64,000 nt of DNA from Plasmodiophora brassicae (lineage: Eukaryota): NCBI GenBank assembly GCA_036867785.1, contig CP145423.1, forward strand, positions 496,001 through 560,000. The letters are read 5' to 3'. A model generated the notes under the pieces. The model was not told the DNA's origin. It saw only the letters and a list, made by a program, of their open reading frames with translations, and did no database searches. Both the position numbers and the translations under genes were made by a program. Each line of letters begins with the position of its first letter. The stretch's first letter is position 1. Shown one piece after another: positions 10,188 through 24,247 of the stretch.

Positions 10188-13037
10188 ATGGCGTTGCCCG
10201 CGATGCAGGGCAGCAACAGCAGCAGCAGCGGCGGCGGTTCGGTGACGAACATCGGCAGTCTCCGTGTGGACCCGGGCGACGCCGTCGGCGAACGGCTGCT
10301 GGAGGCGGCGCGCAGGGTCGACGTGAACGATGTGTCGCAGGCGTGCACGTCCTGGCTGCGGTTCCTGCGCCACGTGACGCATATCTACAGCAACGCGCTG
10401 GCCATCGCCTGGCACCAGCACGCCATCGACCTGCTGCCAAAGGACCTGCACAGGAAGGCCGCCGAGTACGCCATGATTTGGATCGGCCTTGCCAAAGCGC
10501 AAGCGTGCGGGTTTCGTGTCGCTACGCTGCCGCCGCCTTGTCTGATTGATTCGAATGTCGCACAGGAAGAACGACACCAGGGAGGCGCGTACCACCTACA
10601 AATATATGAAACTGGAGCGAATCGGCCTCGATTGCCCATCGTTCTACCAATCCTGGAGCGACCTCGAACGCGCTGCAGGTACAGCCATCGTCTAGCCCAC
10701 CATGCGAGGCACGACCGGTTACTCAGCGCAACGCCCGACCAGGGAATATCAGCAAGGCAGATGCGATTGTCGCGCAAGGTCAGCGACGTCTGGCCGATCC
10801 GCAAGCCACGATGGATCAGACGAAGGACATACAGGTCGCGAAGCGTCACGTGCAGCAGGAGCCCCACTTGCAGCACAACCTTTCGGCGACATCGTCGTCG
10901 CTATCCGGAAACGATACGCTGATGACGGCTGATTTTACGACCGCAGCAGCAGCAGCAGCAGATGGTCGGCAAGGACAGCCGGCGGCGGCGGCTGCTGCTC
11001 CTCCCCCACCTGCTGTGAACGTAACGGAATCGTTCCCTCCCGGCAATCGGGCAGCGGACCATCAGGAACAGGTGGCGTCGAACAACAACAACACCGCTCC
11101 GATTCGTCCAAGCAGGATGCCAACGAGGCGGTTCGACTGGGCGCAACTGTCGCCACCGTCGCCAGAGCATCCTGTGCAGGCGGCCCCGTCTGTCGCAGTG
11201 AAAGAGGTGAAGAAGAAGATCCGATTTGAGTTCGATGAGAACGTCGCCGATGACGAGAATCGGCCACCTCGAGAACACAGCCAACCGAGGACGCCTGCAT
11301 CTGAAGAACCTAAACCAGTCCGGTCGGGTGGTGCGGGTACTCTGCAGGCGCCGAAAACGACGGGTGCCGCGCCTGCGCCAGCGCCCTCGCAGACTACGTC
11401 ATCAGCGACATCGACGCCGCATCGCACCGTTTCTGTACGGAATGCTGTCGCGTACACAGTGAGAGAACCGCCTGAACTGACGCGTCGTTCAGGTAAACGG
11501 GACGAGTTACCTGATTCTTGAGATGGTTGGCAAGGGTGGAAGCGGTCAAGTGTACAAGGTGCCAGGACTCGGTGCCGAACGTACGCTGTGTCTCTGACTG
11601 TGTGGACAGGTCGTGGGCGAGAACAAACAGATATATGCAGTCAAACGGGTGAAGCTGAATGGAGACCTGAGCGCTCTGGAAGCGATTCGTAACGAAATTC
11701 GTCTACTTCAAAAGCTTCGCGGGCGGCCCCACATCATTGAGTTGATTGACTTTCAGGAATGCCTCGACCAGAATGTCATCTGGATGGTACTCGGCGTAAT
11801 ATGGTGACGTCGGGCTGCTGTTTCTGATGGTCTTTCCATGCAGGTATTCGAATTCGGGTCTGTTTTGTGTAGACAGGGTTCGGATCGTTGTTGGCTGATG
11901 TTAAGAACAGAGAAATTGACTTGGCAAGGTTGCTAAGAAATCAGAATGGCCAGGCGATCAACATCAATTACGTTCGCACATGTCCGATGTTCAGCTCTGA
12001 TTGTACGATGCTATACGCTGACTATGCTGTCGCTTCTGCAGATTGGCAGCAAATGCTTGAGGCCGTGCAGACGATCCATGAGGAGAGGGTGGTGCATTCG
12101 GATTTAAAACCCGCGAACTTCATGTTCGTAAGAGGGTGCCTAAAGCTGATCGACTTCGGTATCGCTGCAGCGATACAAAGTTGGTGCCACTGGTCGTTCC
12201 GTAAAACACGTCGCTGACGATCATACAGGCGAGGACACCACCCATATCGTTCGAAATTCGCAGATGGGCACGATCAATTACATGGCGCCGGAAGCCATCA
12301 CGGGGCCTCCGCCTGGAAGCTCGTCATCATCATTCAAGGTGAACAGGTGTTCGCGTATTCCACCTCAGTAGCGTTCTCATGATCGGCTCAGCTTGGCCGG
12401 GCAAGTGACATCTGGTCGTTGGGTTGCATTCTCTACCAGATGTACGTCTGGTCCGTTAGTGACAGTGCCATAGTCTGATCAATGTCAAAGGATCTATGGA
12501 CGGACGCCATTTCACGATATGAACTTTGTCCAAAAGGTGCATGCCATCACCGACGTCAACCATCAAATCGAGTTCTCGTTGCCGTCGCTGATTCCCGCCG
12601 AGCTGCTGGCTGATGTCGTCGACGTTATCAGGTAGCGAGTACGTACGTCCGCCCATGCAACAATCTCAGCGTCGCGTAGATCCTGCTTACAGCGCGATCC
12701 GCGAAAGAGACCAACGATCCCTGAGTTACTTGGCCACCCGTTTCTGGTGGCCGTGTCGTCAGGCTTCAGGAAGCCGTTGGAGTCCTTATCCAAAAGCCAG
12801 CTTCAGTCCCTGATTGCGCAGCTGGCTACCTCTGGAATATCGTCGACCGACTTGACGAAGCCCAGCGTCATCGACGTACGGCTTCACTTGCCTGTGTGAT
12901 CTACAGTTTCTCACCGTCGGTGCTCGCAACAGGCTATCCACCGGCAGCTTCAGCATGGTGTCGAGGTTGATGTTCGGATGGCAATTACAGATACCATCAG
13001 CAAGGTTGACGACAATGAGACGGATGCCAAGAGATAA
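10188..13037 (+). CDS. MPS1: MPS1/TTK dual-specificity spindle-checkpoint kinase; multi-exon
   Basis: [71 protein letters not shown] and YGRTPF lie in successive exons. The N-terminus is helical and TPR-like. Confidence 0.9.
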
Positions 13038-13072
13038 ATCAATTGTATTTGTTTGTACAGTGTTGTATCCAG

Positions 13073-16000
13073 TCACTGAATCGCCAGATTATCTTTCTCG
13101 TGTTGACGTAGGATGCTTTGAGCCTCGTCTTCCAATCTGGCGTCTAGACCTGCAAACGGGCGTTCTGCAAACACAATGTCCTCCTCGGTGCGTTTACTCG
13201 CACCGGTGTCCTCACCACGAGCCTGTTGCTTTTCGTGCAGAAGATTTCTGAACTCCGCACGAAGCCCTGATGACCATCACACCGTTAGCCCTGTACCGGT
13301 AACCGTTCAATCCCGCGATGGGGTACCTCCAATGCTTTGCTCAGGAGAGGTACCGGCCACTCCATAACGCTCCTTCATCTGCCGCTGGCGTTCCATATTC
13401 TCCTGTCGACGCGATCAGCATACGGCGCAAGCAAAGTCAGCTGTTGCGGAGACCTGGTATTCTTTCTCGATCTCTTCGAGGTGCTGGCTTCGAACAGACT
13501 CGCGCCATGCAGCTGAATGCTCTGACAGCACTTTCTCCCGATCCGTCACCAGCTGTTCCAGAGCCGAGCGATGCTGCCTCTCGAGCGCCTCCTCTTCGTC
13601 CTTGAACTTCTTTCGCATCTCCTGCTGCAATTCCTCGTACCGTCTTCGTTCGTCGTTCATGATCTGTGTCTCGGCTTCCTTAAGGATCTTCTGGAACGCG
13701 AGCTGTTCCTGCATCTGTTCATCTCGCCACTTGATTTCAAGCTCCAGTTCACGTCCGCGTCGAGCTTCTTCTTCGACACCTAGCAGGACGGATTCCATTT
13801 CCTTTTCTTCACTAACGAGCTTTGCCTTTTCCTCCAGATGTCGCTTCCGAATCTCCTCAGCGAACATTTTACGGCGCTGTTCCCTTTCCATGTGTCGCAG
13901 ACGATGCGCGCGCTTCTCAGTTTCAAGAGCGGCCCTGCTCTGCTCGGCTCTGATGATGGCTTCCCGTTCTTCTTCAACCTACACATGCGGTTTCAATACT
14001 CCTTTCTCGACACAGTCCACAACGTGTCTACCTTCTTTCGCCATCTTCGTTCCTGCTCGAGCAGCTCTGCTTTGCCACGTTGCTCTTCCTGTGCAAGCAG
14101 CTCTGCGCGCTTCGTCTGCTCCTGCTCTTCATTGAGCGATTTCTCAAGCTGTTACAAGCGCAAAGTGAGATAGCGCCATGCATGCTGAAGGTTGTACAAT
14201 AACCTGTTCCTGGGCCAGATGCCTTAACCGCCTCTCGCGTTGGATACGGGCAAGACTCATTTCCTGATCGAGCTGCTCCAGCATCTCCTGGTTCTCAGTC
14301 ACCTGCTGCTCCCGCATTTGCATCGATAAACTGGTCAGCTTCTCCCGCGTCTCCTTCAGCGCCCGCTGACGCAGGCTTCGCTCTTCGTCCTCGATTCTCC
14401 ACTACATAATGATCGTAAGGAGTCTCGAATGGTCGGCAAAGGATGACGGTACCTGTTCTTTAAGTTGAGCCATCCTCAACTCCCTGGCCTTCTTTCTTCG
14501 TTCCAGCTCTAGCCTAATCTAGAAGTCAGCATACTGCAAAAGCGTGTACCTTAGCTAGATGATGCCTTCGCTTCTCGAGCTCTTCTTGTCGTGCCTGCTC
14601 CCCGTGCGCCTAGTATGCACAGTTACCAAAGCCTGCAATAACCTGCCCTACATGCGCAGGATACCTGGACGATTGTCTGATCGACTTGGAACTCGAGGTT
14701 CAGCAGAGCCTCTTCCTCGAGACGCTGTTCGAGCTCATACTCGTCACGTGCGCGTCTGCGAAGCTCTTCGTCTTCGGCTCGTTTCAGCTCAGCCATTCTC
14801 CTATCGCGCTCCGTCTGCATTTGCGCTTGTAGCATAGCAGCTTTCGAATCGATCTGGACACGCTATTGAGACAAGCAGTACACCTGCATTCTAGGAGCAT
14901 ACCTGTGCTCGCCGTCTAGCCAATGCCTGGCGGTCGATCCGCTGACGTTCACGTAAACGCGCCGCCTCTTCTTGGGCCCAGACAGCCCTGCGTTCGACCT
15001 CAGCCAGACGAAGGGCTTCTTGTTGCTGCTGCCATGCGACCCGTTCGCGTTCGAGCTCCTCACTTTTGCGCTAGCAGGGTCTGTTCAACAAAATGCTACT
15101 CGCAGATTATTCCTGATGGAATGTCTCTACCTGCAACTCTTCAAGAGTGTGTTTCTTGCTCTCGATCTCCTCCTCCTCCATGCGAATCCGTTCTCGTTCT
15201 TTGATTTGGAAATCGACGACAAATTTCGGATAGTACTCGAACTCTGGTACAGATCCGGCTTAACAGAGCAACGACCACGTAAGTGCAATGTCATACCTGG
15301 ATAATGGTCGACGTGCAGCGCGATCCACGGCTCGTCATGAGGAAGGAGGTCAGCAGGAGTGTTCCTTCTCATGCTGTACGCGTCGTGCATGAGCTTTGCA
15401 ACGCTCTTCCCGAGCGTGTTGGAATGACTGACGAACTGCTCGATGCTCCTGTGCGACATGGTTAAAACGAATTCGACGCTTTGTCGTCTACACGCCGTAC
15501 CGATGATTCTCTATCCCCAGCAACTGGCCCCGAAAGTTCTTCAGATATGCTGCGACAACAAACAGCAGGAAAGAGGGGCGGTTCGACACAACATGATCAA
15601 AGAAGATCAGCCACTCCGACTTCGTGAAGACTTCGGTGAATAGGGTCCGGATAAGCGGCCAGGAATACTGAGCGGGCTCCAGACCGTGTGCCTATGCGAT
15701 GGTTGGCGAATTGCGACGTTCGGAGACGTACCGCACGACTATACTGACCATGAAGTGCGCTAGAAGAGCAGAGTCGTGGTAACGCAACAGATCGTCCACA
15801 TGCTTGAGAACCGCCGACGGAGGGTTTGGAAAGAACTCAAACCATCGACGCCCCCAGTTCAATAAGATCGAGGCGACCATTTCAAAGCAGACAACATTGT
15901 CGGCGGGGAACAGTCGAATAAACGGGAAGATCAAAGAAGGCAGGAAGTCGACCTCGGAGAACATAGGCGACCTGATTACAATGACAATCGAGCCAAACAA

Positions 16001-17967
16001 TATATACAACAGGAGGCCTACCAGTGTGCAAGTGCAGACAGGACATGCTGGAGCTGCCGGAACAGTCGTCGATCCTGAAGGGGATACTGTTTGTGGAGCA
16101 ACTTAAGAGCTGGGTGTAGGCCCTTGTTTTCGAACGCTGCATACTGATCCCGGTTTTCAGGCAGACGCATTAGAAATCGCCAAATGATCGTCCGGTATTC
16201 AGCCGGATACTACCATCCTTTCAGACGCAGCTTCCAAGACAGGCAATTCATAAGTACCTCGCCATAAGCCTTTAGCAACGACTTCAATTTCGATGGGTCC
16301 AAGAGTTTCCCTTTCCCGTTGGAAGCCGTCATCTCAAACAATGGTACATGGTTTGGGGCAGTTTCGACATTCGGGCTGGGTTCGGCTGTCCCAGCTGATC
16401 TGAGCGAAGAGCCTGTCGAAGCCGACGCCCTCCTTTCGTCAAATCCATCATTTTCGTCGTCATACTCACCCGTATCGCGTGCACTCCATTTGCGATCCTG
16501 AAGACGGTTCAGAGATCCTAAGCGGTATAGGCACACAGTCCCCACGTTTGGCTTGGAAGGCTCAGAGGCAGTCGTGTCAGGGACCGTTTGGTCGAACACG
16601 GGGAGAGATCCGAGTCTCCGGATAGCTTCAGACTCAGACTGCCCGCTCTGAGACAACGTTACGTCCAGCGGCAAACCGCTTGTTCGACGTCGGCCCTACC
16701 TTAATTCGAAGATTAACCATAGAGCTCTCTTGCTGGAATGCCTTGTCTAAGTCGTACAGAGAGATACTTCCATCGCTCATTATGCACGTACAGTAGCGCC
16801 CACCAGGCCCAATGTCGAATCCTTGCAAACTCAGTCAGCTGCACGAACGCGGGGTATGAAATTCTATGTGCGTACCCACGATAGCCTTGTGCTGTTCCTG
16901 CAATGTCAGAAGTACCTTCAGAGACAGCACGTTGAACACCAAGAGCACGCCGTCGTCGCCAAGCACGAAGGCGACATCACAATCGGGAAGGAACTGGAGT
17001 TGAACAGTGAAGCGGACCGAGCTCGGCAGGACGGCGATACGCAGGAGGCTACGTTGGTTACATCAATCAACACCGTTAGGTCCAAATCCATTAGGACATC
17101 TGACCATTGGATTTTGGTTTCCCACAGAAACAGATTTGCCGATTGCCCGCCTGCGATCAGGTATCTGCTGTCGCTGCTGATAGCGAAACACGTTGCCGAC
17201 AGGCTTGCAGGCTGGTTGCGAACAGTTCGCGTATTCGGCAGCTGGAACAGCATCTTGAATTTGACGCAGTCCCAGCTCACGATGCCTTCGTCGGAGACGC
17301 AGGTCAGCAGGTCGGATCCTGGGCGAATTGTCAGTAACGTACATTGAAACGGGCGCATGCTGTCGGACCTGTTGGGCCATACGTCGCCTGTAACAGTTCG
17401 GCATCGGAACTCTCCAGCGTTCGTCGTCGACGCCACTCACGAGCGTCCCATATGATGACACGGTCCTTGGAATTGCTGGCGAGGAACTGCCCAGTCGGGT
17501 GGAACGACAGGCTCGTCACCTGAAGCTATGTAAGCAGAGCGTTCGACGGAACAAACAGCTCCTGGTCGCCGTACCCGGGCGCGGTGCCCTTTGAGAGTTG
17601 CGACGACGTTGCATGATTCCGAATCGACAATTCGGATGGTGCCGTCGTCGAAGGCGATCGCGACGATAGCGTTCGGCGATGGGGATGCCTGCATGGCCGT
17701 TGGGCAGGAGCCCGCTCGGCAGACCAGCGAGTACCGGTTCTGCAGGACATGGAACAGGTGGATATTGCCACGGGCATCGCCAGTCACGAACTTGTCGCCG
17801 CGAACATTGAACCGGACAGCGCGGATGCCGGCGCGAACCGAGGCCGCCGCCGGTCGCAGGATCGACAGCAGACCGGTCGGTAGCGGCACCGGCGCCCGGG
17901 GCCAGATGCGCCCGCCCTGGCCCTCCACATGGACGCAGGCGACCTTGCCATCCGGTGTCCTCTCCAT
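13073..17967 (-). CDS. TBC1D31: TBC1D31/WDR67: WD40 repeats, Rab-GAP TBC domain and long C-terminal coiled coil; many exons
   Basis: N-terminal WD repeats (LKGHRA, LSFHPTGQFLAS). TBC segment GEYPAEYRTIIWRFLMRLPEN...FLPSLIFPF...NWGRRWFEFFPNPP. E/R/K-rich coiled coil at 13300-15200. Confidence 0.85.
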
Positions 17968-18280
17968 GGCCTTCGCCCTGAACCACCACTGGCACGAGCA
18001 GTCAGGACGCGTTACGTTGCTGACGGGACGAAGGCCCCGCCGTTTCCTCTCTCCCGGCATTGGCCATCATTAACCTGTCGGCGAAATTCGCGTTTTGTGG
18101 CCCGATTTCCGCAACGTCCCTTCTTGCGGCACGGTTGACTGCACTGAGCCACAGCCGGCAGTCGGCAGTCGCGTGTTTACACAGTCGTGGCGTCACGGGT
18201 TATCCCACAGGCGCAGTTGCGCAACAAATGGGCCGCCAGTCGCGGCGTGGCTCACGCGATCGCTGTTCGGTGACGAAAGG

Positions 18281-19529
18281 ATGGATCGGCGAGCCGCGCT
18301 GAGGCGGCTGTGCGCCGAGGCGGGCGATGCCGCTGTCAGCACGCTGCGAGTCCTGGCGGGGCTGATGAAAAACGCCAGAGGGAACGACGAGCGCCGACGG
18401 ATACGGTTGTCGAACCCGGCCCTGTTCGAAAAGTTGACGCGGTTCGACAGCGCGGTGGACGTCCTGGAGTCGTGCGGGTGGGAATTCATCGAATACGGTG
18501 ATCCGGATGCCGATAATGATGTCTGGATGGGAGTCGATGCCAGCACCCTCGACGTGGATCATGTTCTGGACGAGATCGAATCCCAGCGACGAGAAATTAC
18601 TGGGGACGTGTCGTCACCCGGTCCTCCAGCGCCTTCGGAGCCGCCACCACTTCCGGCAGTGAATGTGCCCAGACCTGTCCCGGCAGCGCCTGCGAAGCGC
18701 TCCAAATTAGCGCGATCGGACCTGGCCGATATTCACGAGAGGTTACGTGGCGCGGCGCCACCTCCGTCTAGCGATAATATTCAGCGCGGCGTCATCAACG
18801 TCAACCCCGCTCCGCTTCGTCAGCTTCGGGAGGTCAGGCGTGCGCAGCATCAGGCGTGGTTGAAGAGGTCCGACCGCAAACGATCAATGACGCTGGCCGA
18901 CCTGGATGCCAAGGATGCCGAGGAAGAGGCGCGTATCGCCCGTATTGGGCGGTACGCGCAACGCGACCGCGTTTTGAACTCGTCCTTCGACGTCAAAGGT
19001 ATCGGCGAACGCGCGCTGGCGTACACGAATGAATTTCGTGCGACCCGCGGACTGCCCGCCCTGAAATGGCACCAGTACCTGGCCGATATCGGAGCCGACC
19101 ATTCCAGGTTTGACGATGCCGCCTGATTGCCGATTGGCGCCGCCTAACGCATGTGCCCCCCAGAGATATGGTTGCAGGCAAGGTCCCGTTTAGCCATGAC
19201 GGGTTTGACAGCAGGGTTGCCCAGTACCCGATGAAGCATACGGTTGCTGCCGAAAACATCGCCAGGTAACCATCGCGTTGGCCACAGCTACGCCAACGTT
19301 GACGATTCGCTCCTAGAATTGGAGGTGGTGATCCTGCCAGGCAAGCGGTTAATGGATGGATCAACTCCCCGGTAGGCTGTCGTCGCGTGTGATCTGGATG
19401 GCATCAGGGCAAACTGATCGACGATGTTAGGGTCATTGCAAGAATTTGCTGCTTCCCAACGCCAAATGGTGCGGCATTGGTGTCGTCCCTTGCGGGTCTC
19501 AGTACATGTTCACTCAGCTGTTTGGCTGA
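18281..19529 (+). CDS. PUB-domain and CAP/SCP-domain fusion protein; 4 exons
   Basis: PUB-like segment LAGLMKNA...RRIRLSNPALFEKL...VLESCGWEF. CAP-like segment TNEFRATRGLPALKW...HSRDM...FSHDG...AAENIA...VNGWINSP-GHCKNLL...GIGV...TQLF. Confidence 0.8.
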
Positions 19530-20123
19530 TTCGACGTTCCGGGTTTGCGTCGTCACATCAATATGTATTCGGCCTGCATACGCCCTGATTGTGTCGTTCA
19601 AATTGAATGCCACTTCAGTTTGTAGTGCTGTCAACGAGGATAATACTCGCTCCAGGCGGTTGAACTTGAATGGAACGGACGGCTCGCAATGGGCGACAGC
19701 CGACGAGGAGCCTGACGCTCTTCACATCAAATCGTGATGACTGTATCATAAAATCACGCGGTTGGACCTGATAATGAGTGATGCCATCCTGCACCTGATA
19801 AAACAATATTCGGAGACGACCAGAGAGTTCATGCCTGCGTCAGTCAGTTGCCATAGCACAACCTTTGTGCTTCTCCACCCCTCAGAGAACCGCACATCCT
19901 GTGCCGCCGCCGTTAAACGAAACCACAACGCGTTGCACGAGGGTCTCCATACTCCCGGCTTCCGCCCAGCATCGGTTCATGTGGCAATCTGAGCCTTGCT
20001 CGTCTTGCGCTCGCAGACAGCGCCATATGCTACCCAGGTCAGTGGTTACCGAACCACTATGAGGTTCAGAAAGTAGAACCTCGAGACATACCACATTCCG
20101 GGATCCAGAATAAGAATACATAG

Positions 20124-20605
20124 GAATCGGTGAGGAAGTTCGTCACATTACGAATGACCACATTCGTCAAACTTACGATCACATGCGTGGGTTTGTGGTC
20201 TACTGCAAAGATGGGCAACCAGTTCACACTCAGAAGTTGTACGGATCTGCTCATCATGGAGAGGGGCGTTTTCATTGCTGTCGCCGGGTCCCGAAGAACT
20301 CGACTGCGTCTGGGCGGGATACCAATTCTCGACGAAGTCTTCCGTCAATTGGGAGCAACCGAAACAATCGCGAAAGATGCTGTCAATGGGACGGTGTGAA
20401 CTCCTCGTAGAAGTGAGGCAAATAGCTGTTTAATAGGTCATCGTCCAGCGTCTCAAATGGTCGTCGTTTCCATGACGAGCAGTTCTGTAGAACTTCTGAG
20501 TGTGAACTGGTTGCCTATCTTTGCAGTAGGCCACAAACTCACGCATATGATCGTAATTTTGACACACATCGTCGTTCGTAATGTGACGAACTTCCTCGCC
20601 GATTC
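20124..20605. repeat. Inverted repeat with arms of about 137 bp (20124-20260 and 20469-20605) and a spacer of about 208 bp
   Basis: gaggaagttcgtcacattacgaa...ctactgcaaagat.ggcaaccagttcacactcagaagtt occurs on the + strand and again as its reverse complement. Confidence 0.9.
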
Positions 20606-20941
20606 TCGAGTCAGCAGCGATCATCGTATCCAACCTCGGGGTCAGCTCACCATTCACCACAGACGATTACGATGGGACGACTCGTGACCTTCTGCTGAGA
20701 ATCATTGAACCACTGTGCCAATATATGATGACGCCCCTCAACTGGGTCACGCTTCCACTGCGATCCATCCTTTTGTTCCGCCTGAATTGTGCGAATCCAC
20801 TTTACGGCTTTGCTCCCGTGATCCAAATATTTATTGCTCCCGGTGGCGCCCACAAAGTATTAATCTGTCAACTGATCTGAGCCACGTTTTTAATTCCTTT
20901 TTGGTCTGTTCCGGTGTCTGGGGCGCCTTTAGCAGACGGCC

Positions 20942-22484
20942 ATGGACAGGCGGCGAGGCCTGCCAATCCTGATCCTGATCGCGTGTCTCATCGTGTTCCA
21001 GTTCGCCGTCCTGGGCATGCTGTACCTGCCAATCTCGCAATGGAGCGACGAGCCCATCGCCCAGCGGCAAGCCGGCGATGTCGTCGTCGATGTCGGCCTT
21101 CGCGACAAATACCACTTGGCGTCGATACCGGATGACGATGCACGGTCGTGCGAATCTGGGGTCGGCGTAACGGCGCTGGAACGCTGGGATCGCCTGGCCA
21201 AGACATTCATCGCCAACTCTGGCAACGATGAGGCTCCCCGGCTAACATGTCGTGTGACTCGACTGCCGCACCAGCCCATCGCCACACAGCCCCACACGTA
21301 AGCGCGTCGCCAGCGCGGTCTCCTCTGCCGTTCCTGACACCAACGTTCCCTGGTACAGGATCTGCAATGCGACGCGGATCGTTCTCGATCGGTCGTTCAT
21401 GACGCCCGCAGACTGCCCGAAGCACCGACCTGGATACATGTGCGACCCGTTGCCGACCTTCGAGCATTACTCAACCGGCGCGCTGTCTTTCCCCAACGCC
21501 ATTCGGCTGCCAGCGTTCACGATCGACCAGTTCCCAGCCGACCACCTCCGGGACATGTTCGATAGTGTCGGCGTCGCCGATCGCCACGACGGCGCCGGCG
21601 AGCACGTCATCGACGGGTTCGTGCTGGTCGTGACTCGGGAACGCGGCGAACACCTGAACCTCTTCCATTCGGCAACGGATTGGTTCAACGCGTTCATGGC
21701 CATGGTGGTCCTGGATCTTCCGCCGTCCACGACGTCGGTCCTCATTATGGACAGTCATCCGCAGAGCCCCCTCGACATCGTCTGGGACGCAGCGTTCAGT
21801 CGGTCGCGACGGACGATGCGGATCAGGCAATCCCCCGACCGTATGCTGATCCAGAATGCGGTCTTCGTCCCGCCCGGGTACTCCTCGTTCTTCTACCGGC
21901 ACAACACCGATCCGGACGATGATTGCCAGGTGGGCACCGGTGGCGTCGCGCTGTACGATGCCTTCTCCAGGCACATTCTCTCCGGGTTCGGCGTCACCCG
22001 CAGGCAGGCGCGGACGTCGTCTGTACGTGTCCTGATGGTCGTTCGCAAGCCGTATTTGCCGTCGCACCCACGAATGGGGCGTCAGATCGATAACGAAGCT
22101 GCCCTGGTGTCCGCGCTGGATTCCATCCCGGGTATCGTCGTCGATGTCGTCGACTTTGCTGGTCTGGATTTCGAGGAACAGCTCCGGCGCGTGTCCGCGT
22201 CGGACGTCATGATCGGTATGCATGGTGCCGGGCTGACACATGCGCTGTGGTTGCCAGTCGGCGGGGCGCTGCTGGAGATCCGGCCGAAACCCAGCATGGG
22301 CTGGTACTGCTTCCGGCATATGGCGAAGTACGCCGGCCTGCACTACGACGCGCTGGTCAACAGGCACTTCCCAGCCGGGTACCGCGAGGACGCGCATGGA
22401 GACTATACGACCGTCGACGTTGCCGAGTTGACCTCCATCGTCGAATCGTTATTATCGAGAGTAAGATCCAGCCCGGCTCGGTAA
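20942..22484 (+). CDS. Glycosyltransferase family 61 (EOGT/xylosyltransferase-like), type II membrane protein; 2 exons
   Basis: N-terminal TM anchor. NLFHSATDWFN, RQIDNE, FEEQL, DVMIGMHGAGLTHALWL and LLEI motifs. Intron at about 21298-21358. Confidence 0.88.
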
Positions 22485-22822
22485 ACGGTACATTTGGACG
22501 GATGCCCGCCACCGGGTCACACTTCCAGCGTGGCCTATACGGCGTGCCACCCGTAGTTAGACCATTATCGGTAACCGATGCACACGACCAAGTCACAAAG
22601 CGACGTACTGTAGGGTGCTACGTAGGAGCCAGACGCCATCCGATGACGCGTCCAAGTGCACGGTGCGGAGTCGTTACCCTAAGCGCCGCGCGCGCCCGTG
22701 CCGTACGTGCGCTGTCGTTGCGTCGTGCGTGCGTCGCTGCGTCCTCGAAGCGACTGCTGCGGTCTCTCTGATCAGGTCCGCAGATCCGGCCGTCGTCATT
22801 TGTGCGTGTGTGTGTGCGTTCG

Positions 22823-24055
22823 ATGGAGGCGGGCGATGCCGCCGACGGGTCGTCGCCGACGCCCAACGATCGTGCGTCGCCGCCGGCCCCGGTTGCCGCA
22901 TCGACCGACAATGTCAACCTGGGGCCGATCATCTGCCCGGGCCACTCCCGCCCCATACCCGATGTCGTCTATTCCCGGGTCGTCGACGGCGAATACCTGT
23001 TGATAAGTGGCGGGCTAGGTATGAAGCGAACCCGGTCTGCTCAGGCGTGATCTTGTAGTCATAGCCGTGGCAGACAAGTGTCCAATGATACGACGTGGCG
23101 ACACCGGGGACTGGATCGGGACGTTTGCCGGTCACAAGGGCGCCGTCTGGTCCGCGCGACTAAACGAAACCACAACGCTGGCGGCCACAGCATCCGCTGA
23201 CTTCACTGTACGTTTGATGGTTGCAACGCGCGGAGGCAGAGGCTCTGACGTATTGCGTCGTGGTAGGTCAAGCTCTGGAACGCGTTTACTGGCGACGAAG
23301 TACGGGAATTCCCCCACAAACACATTGCCAAATCGGCTGTGTTCTCCTGGGATAGCCAGAAGCTGTTCAGCGGGGGATCCGAGAAGAAGGTGCGGGTATT
23401 CGACCTGGGGCAACCTGAGAACAGCCCGGAGCTGGAGCTCGATGGCCACACGAAAGCGATCTCCAACGTGGTCGCCCTGCCTGGCACCATGCATCTGATT
23501 GCGAGCTCTGGCGATGAACGGGATATTCACATCTGGGATCTGAGGACAAGCGCCCTGGTGAAGAAGCTGAGCACCCCTGATGCCGTTGCCAGCCTTGAAA
23601 TCCAACCAGAGCTCCACACGCTGACGGCCGCCACTGGCAAGTCTGTCCAGTTCTGGGATACGCAACGGTATTGAATCGTTGGACGCATGGAATGGAACGC
23701 CCCCCTCGCTTAACGCACCACAGGCTGGAACTTACGAAATCTGTCGACCTCCCTCGCGAAGTGAAATGCGCCTCGCTGCATCCGTCAAGAAAGGCGTTCG
23801 CCACCGGCAGCATGTCGGAGCTGTGGGCCCGCGTATACGACTACGAGTCCGGATCCGAAATCGCCTGCCAGAAAGGCCACCATGGTCCAGTCCGCTGTAT
23901 CGCCTTCTCCCCGATAGGCAACGCATACGCTTCAGGGTGGGGGTGGTTCTTCCGCGTCGTATCGCTCCTACGTCAACACATGCTGACATTGTCGCAATAG
24001 GTCGGAGGACGGCACGATCCGAATCTGGGAGTTCGCGGAGCAACGCCGGGAATAA
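22823..24055 (+). CDS. STRAP: STRAP/UNRIP WD40 protein; multi-exon
   Basis: [43 protein letters not shown] and SEDGTIRIW. Confidence 0.92.
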
Positions 24056-24247
24056 AACGTCACGATGCGACTCTGCTGCAATAGTGCATGCACACGCGGA
24101 CTAGTATTAGGGCGCGCCCTATATATGGAGCGGCGGTCGCGCGGACCCGCGGACTCCGTGAGGCGACGTCAGCTGTCCAATCGTTGTGTGCTCCGTGCTG
24201 TTGACGTGATCCGGCCCCTAGGCCGCTTATAAGCACCGTCAGCAACC

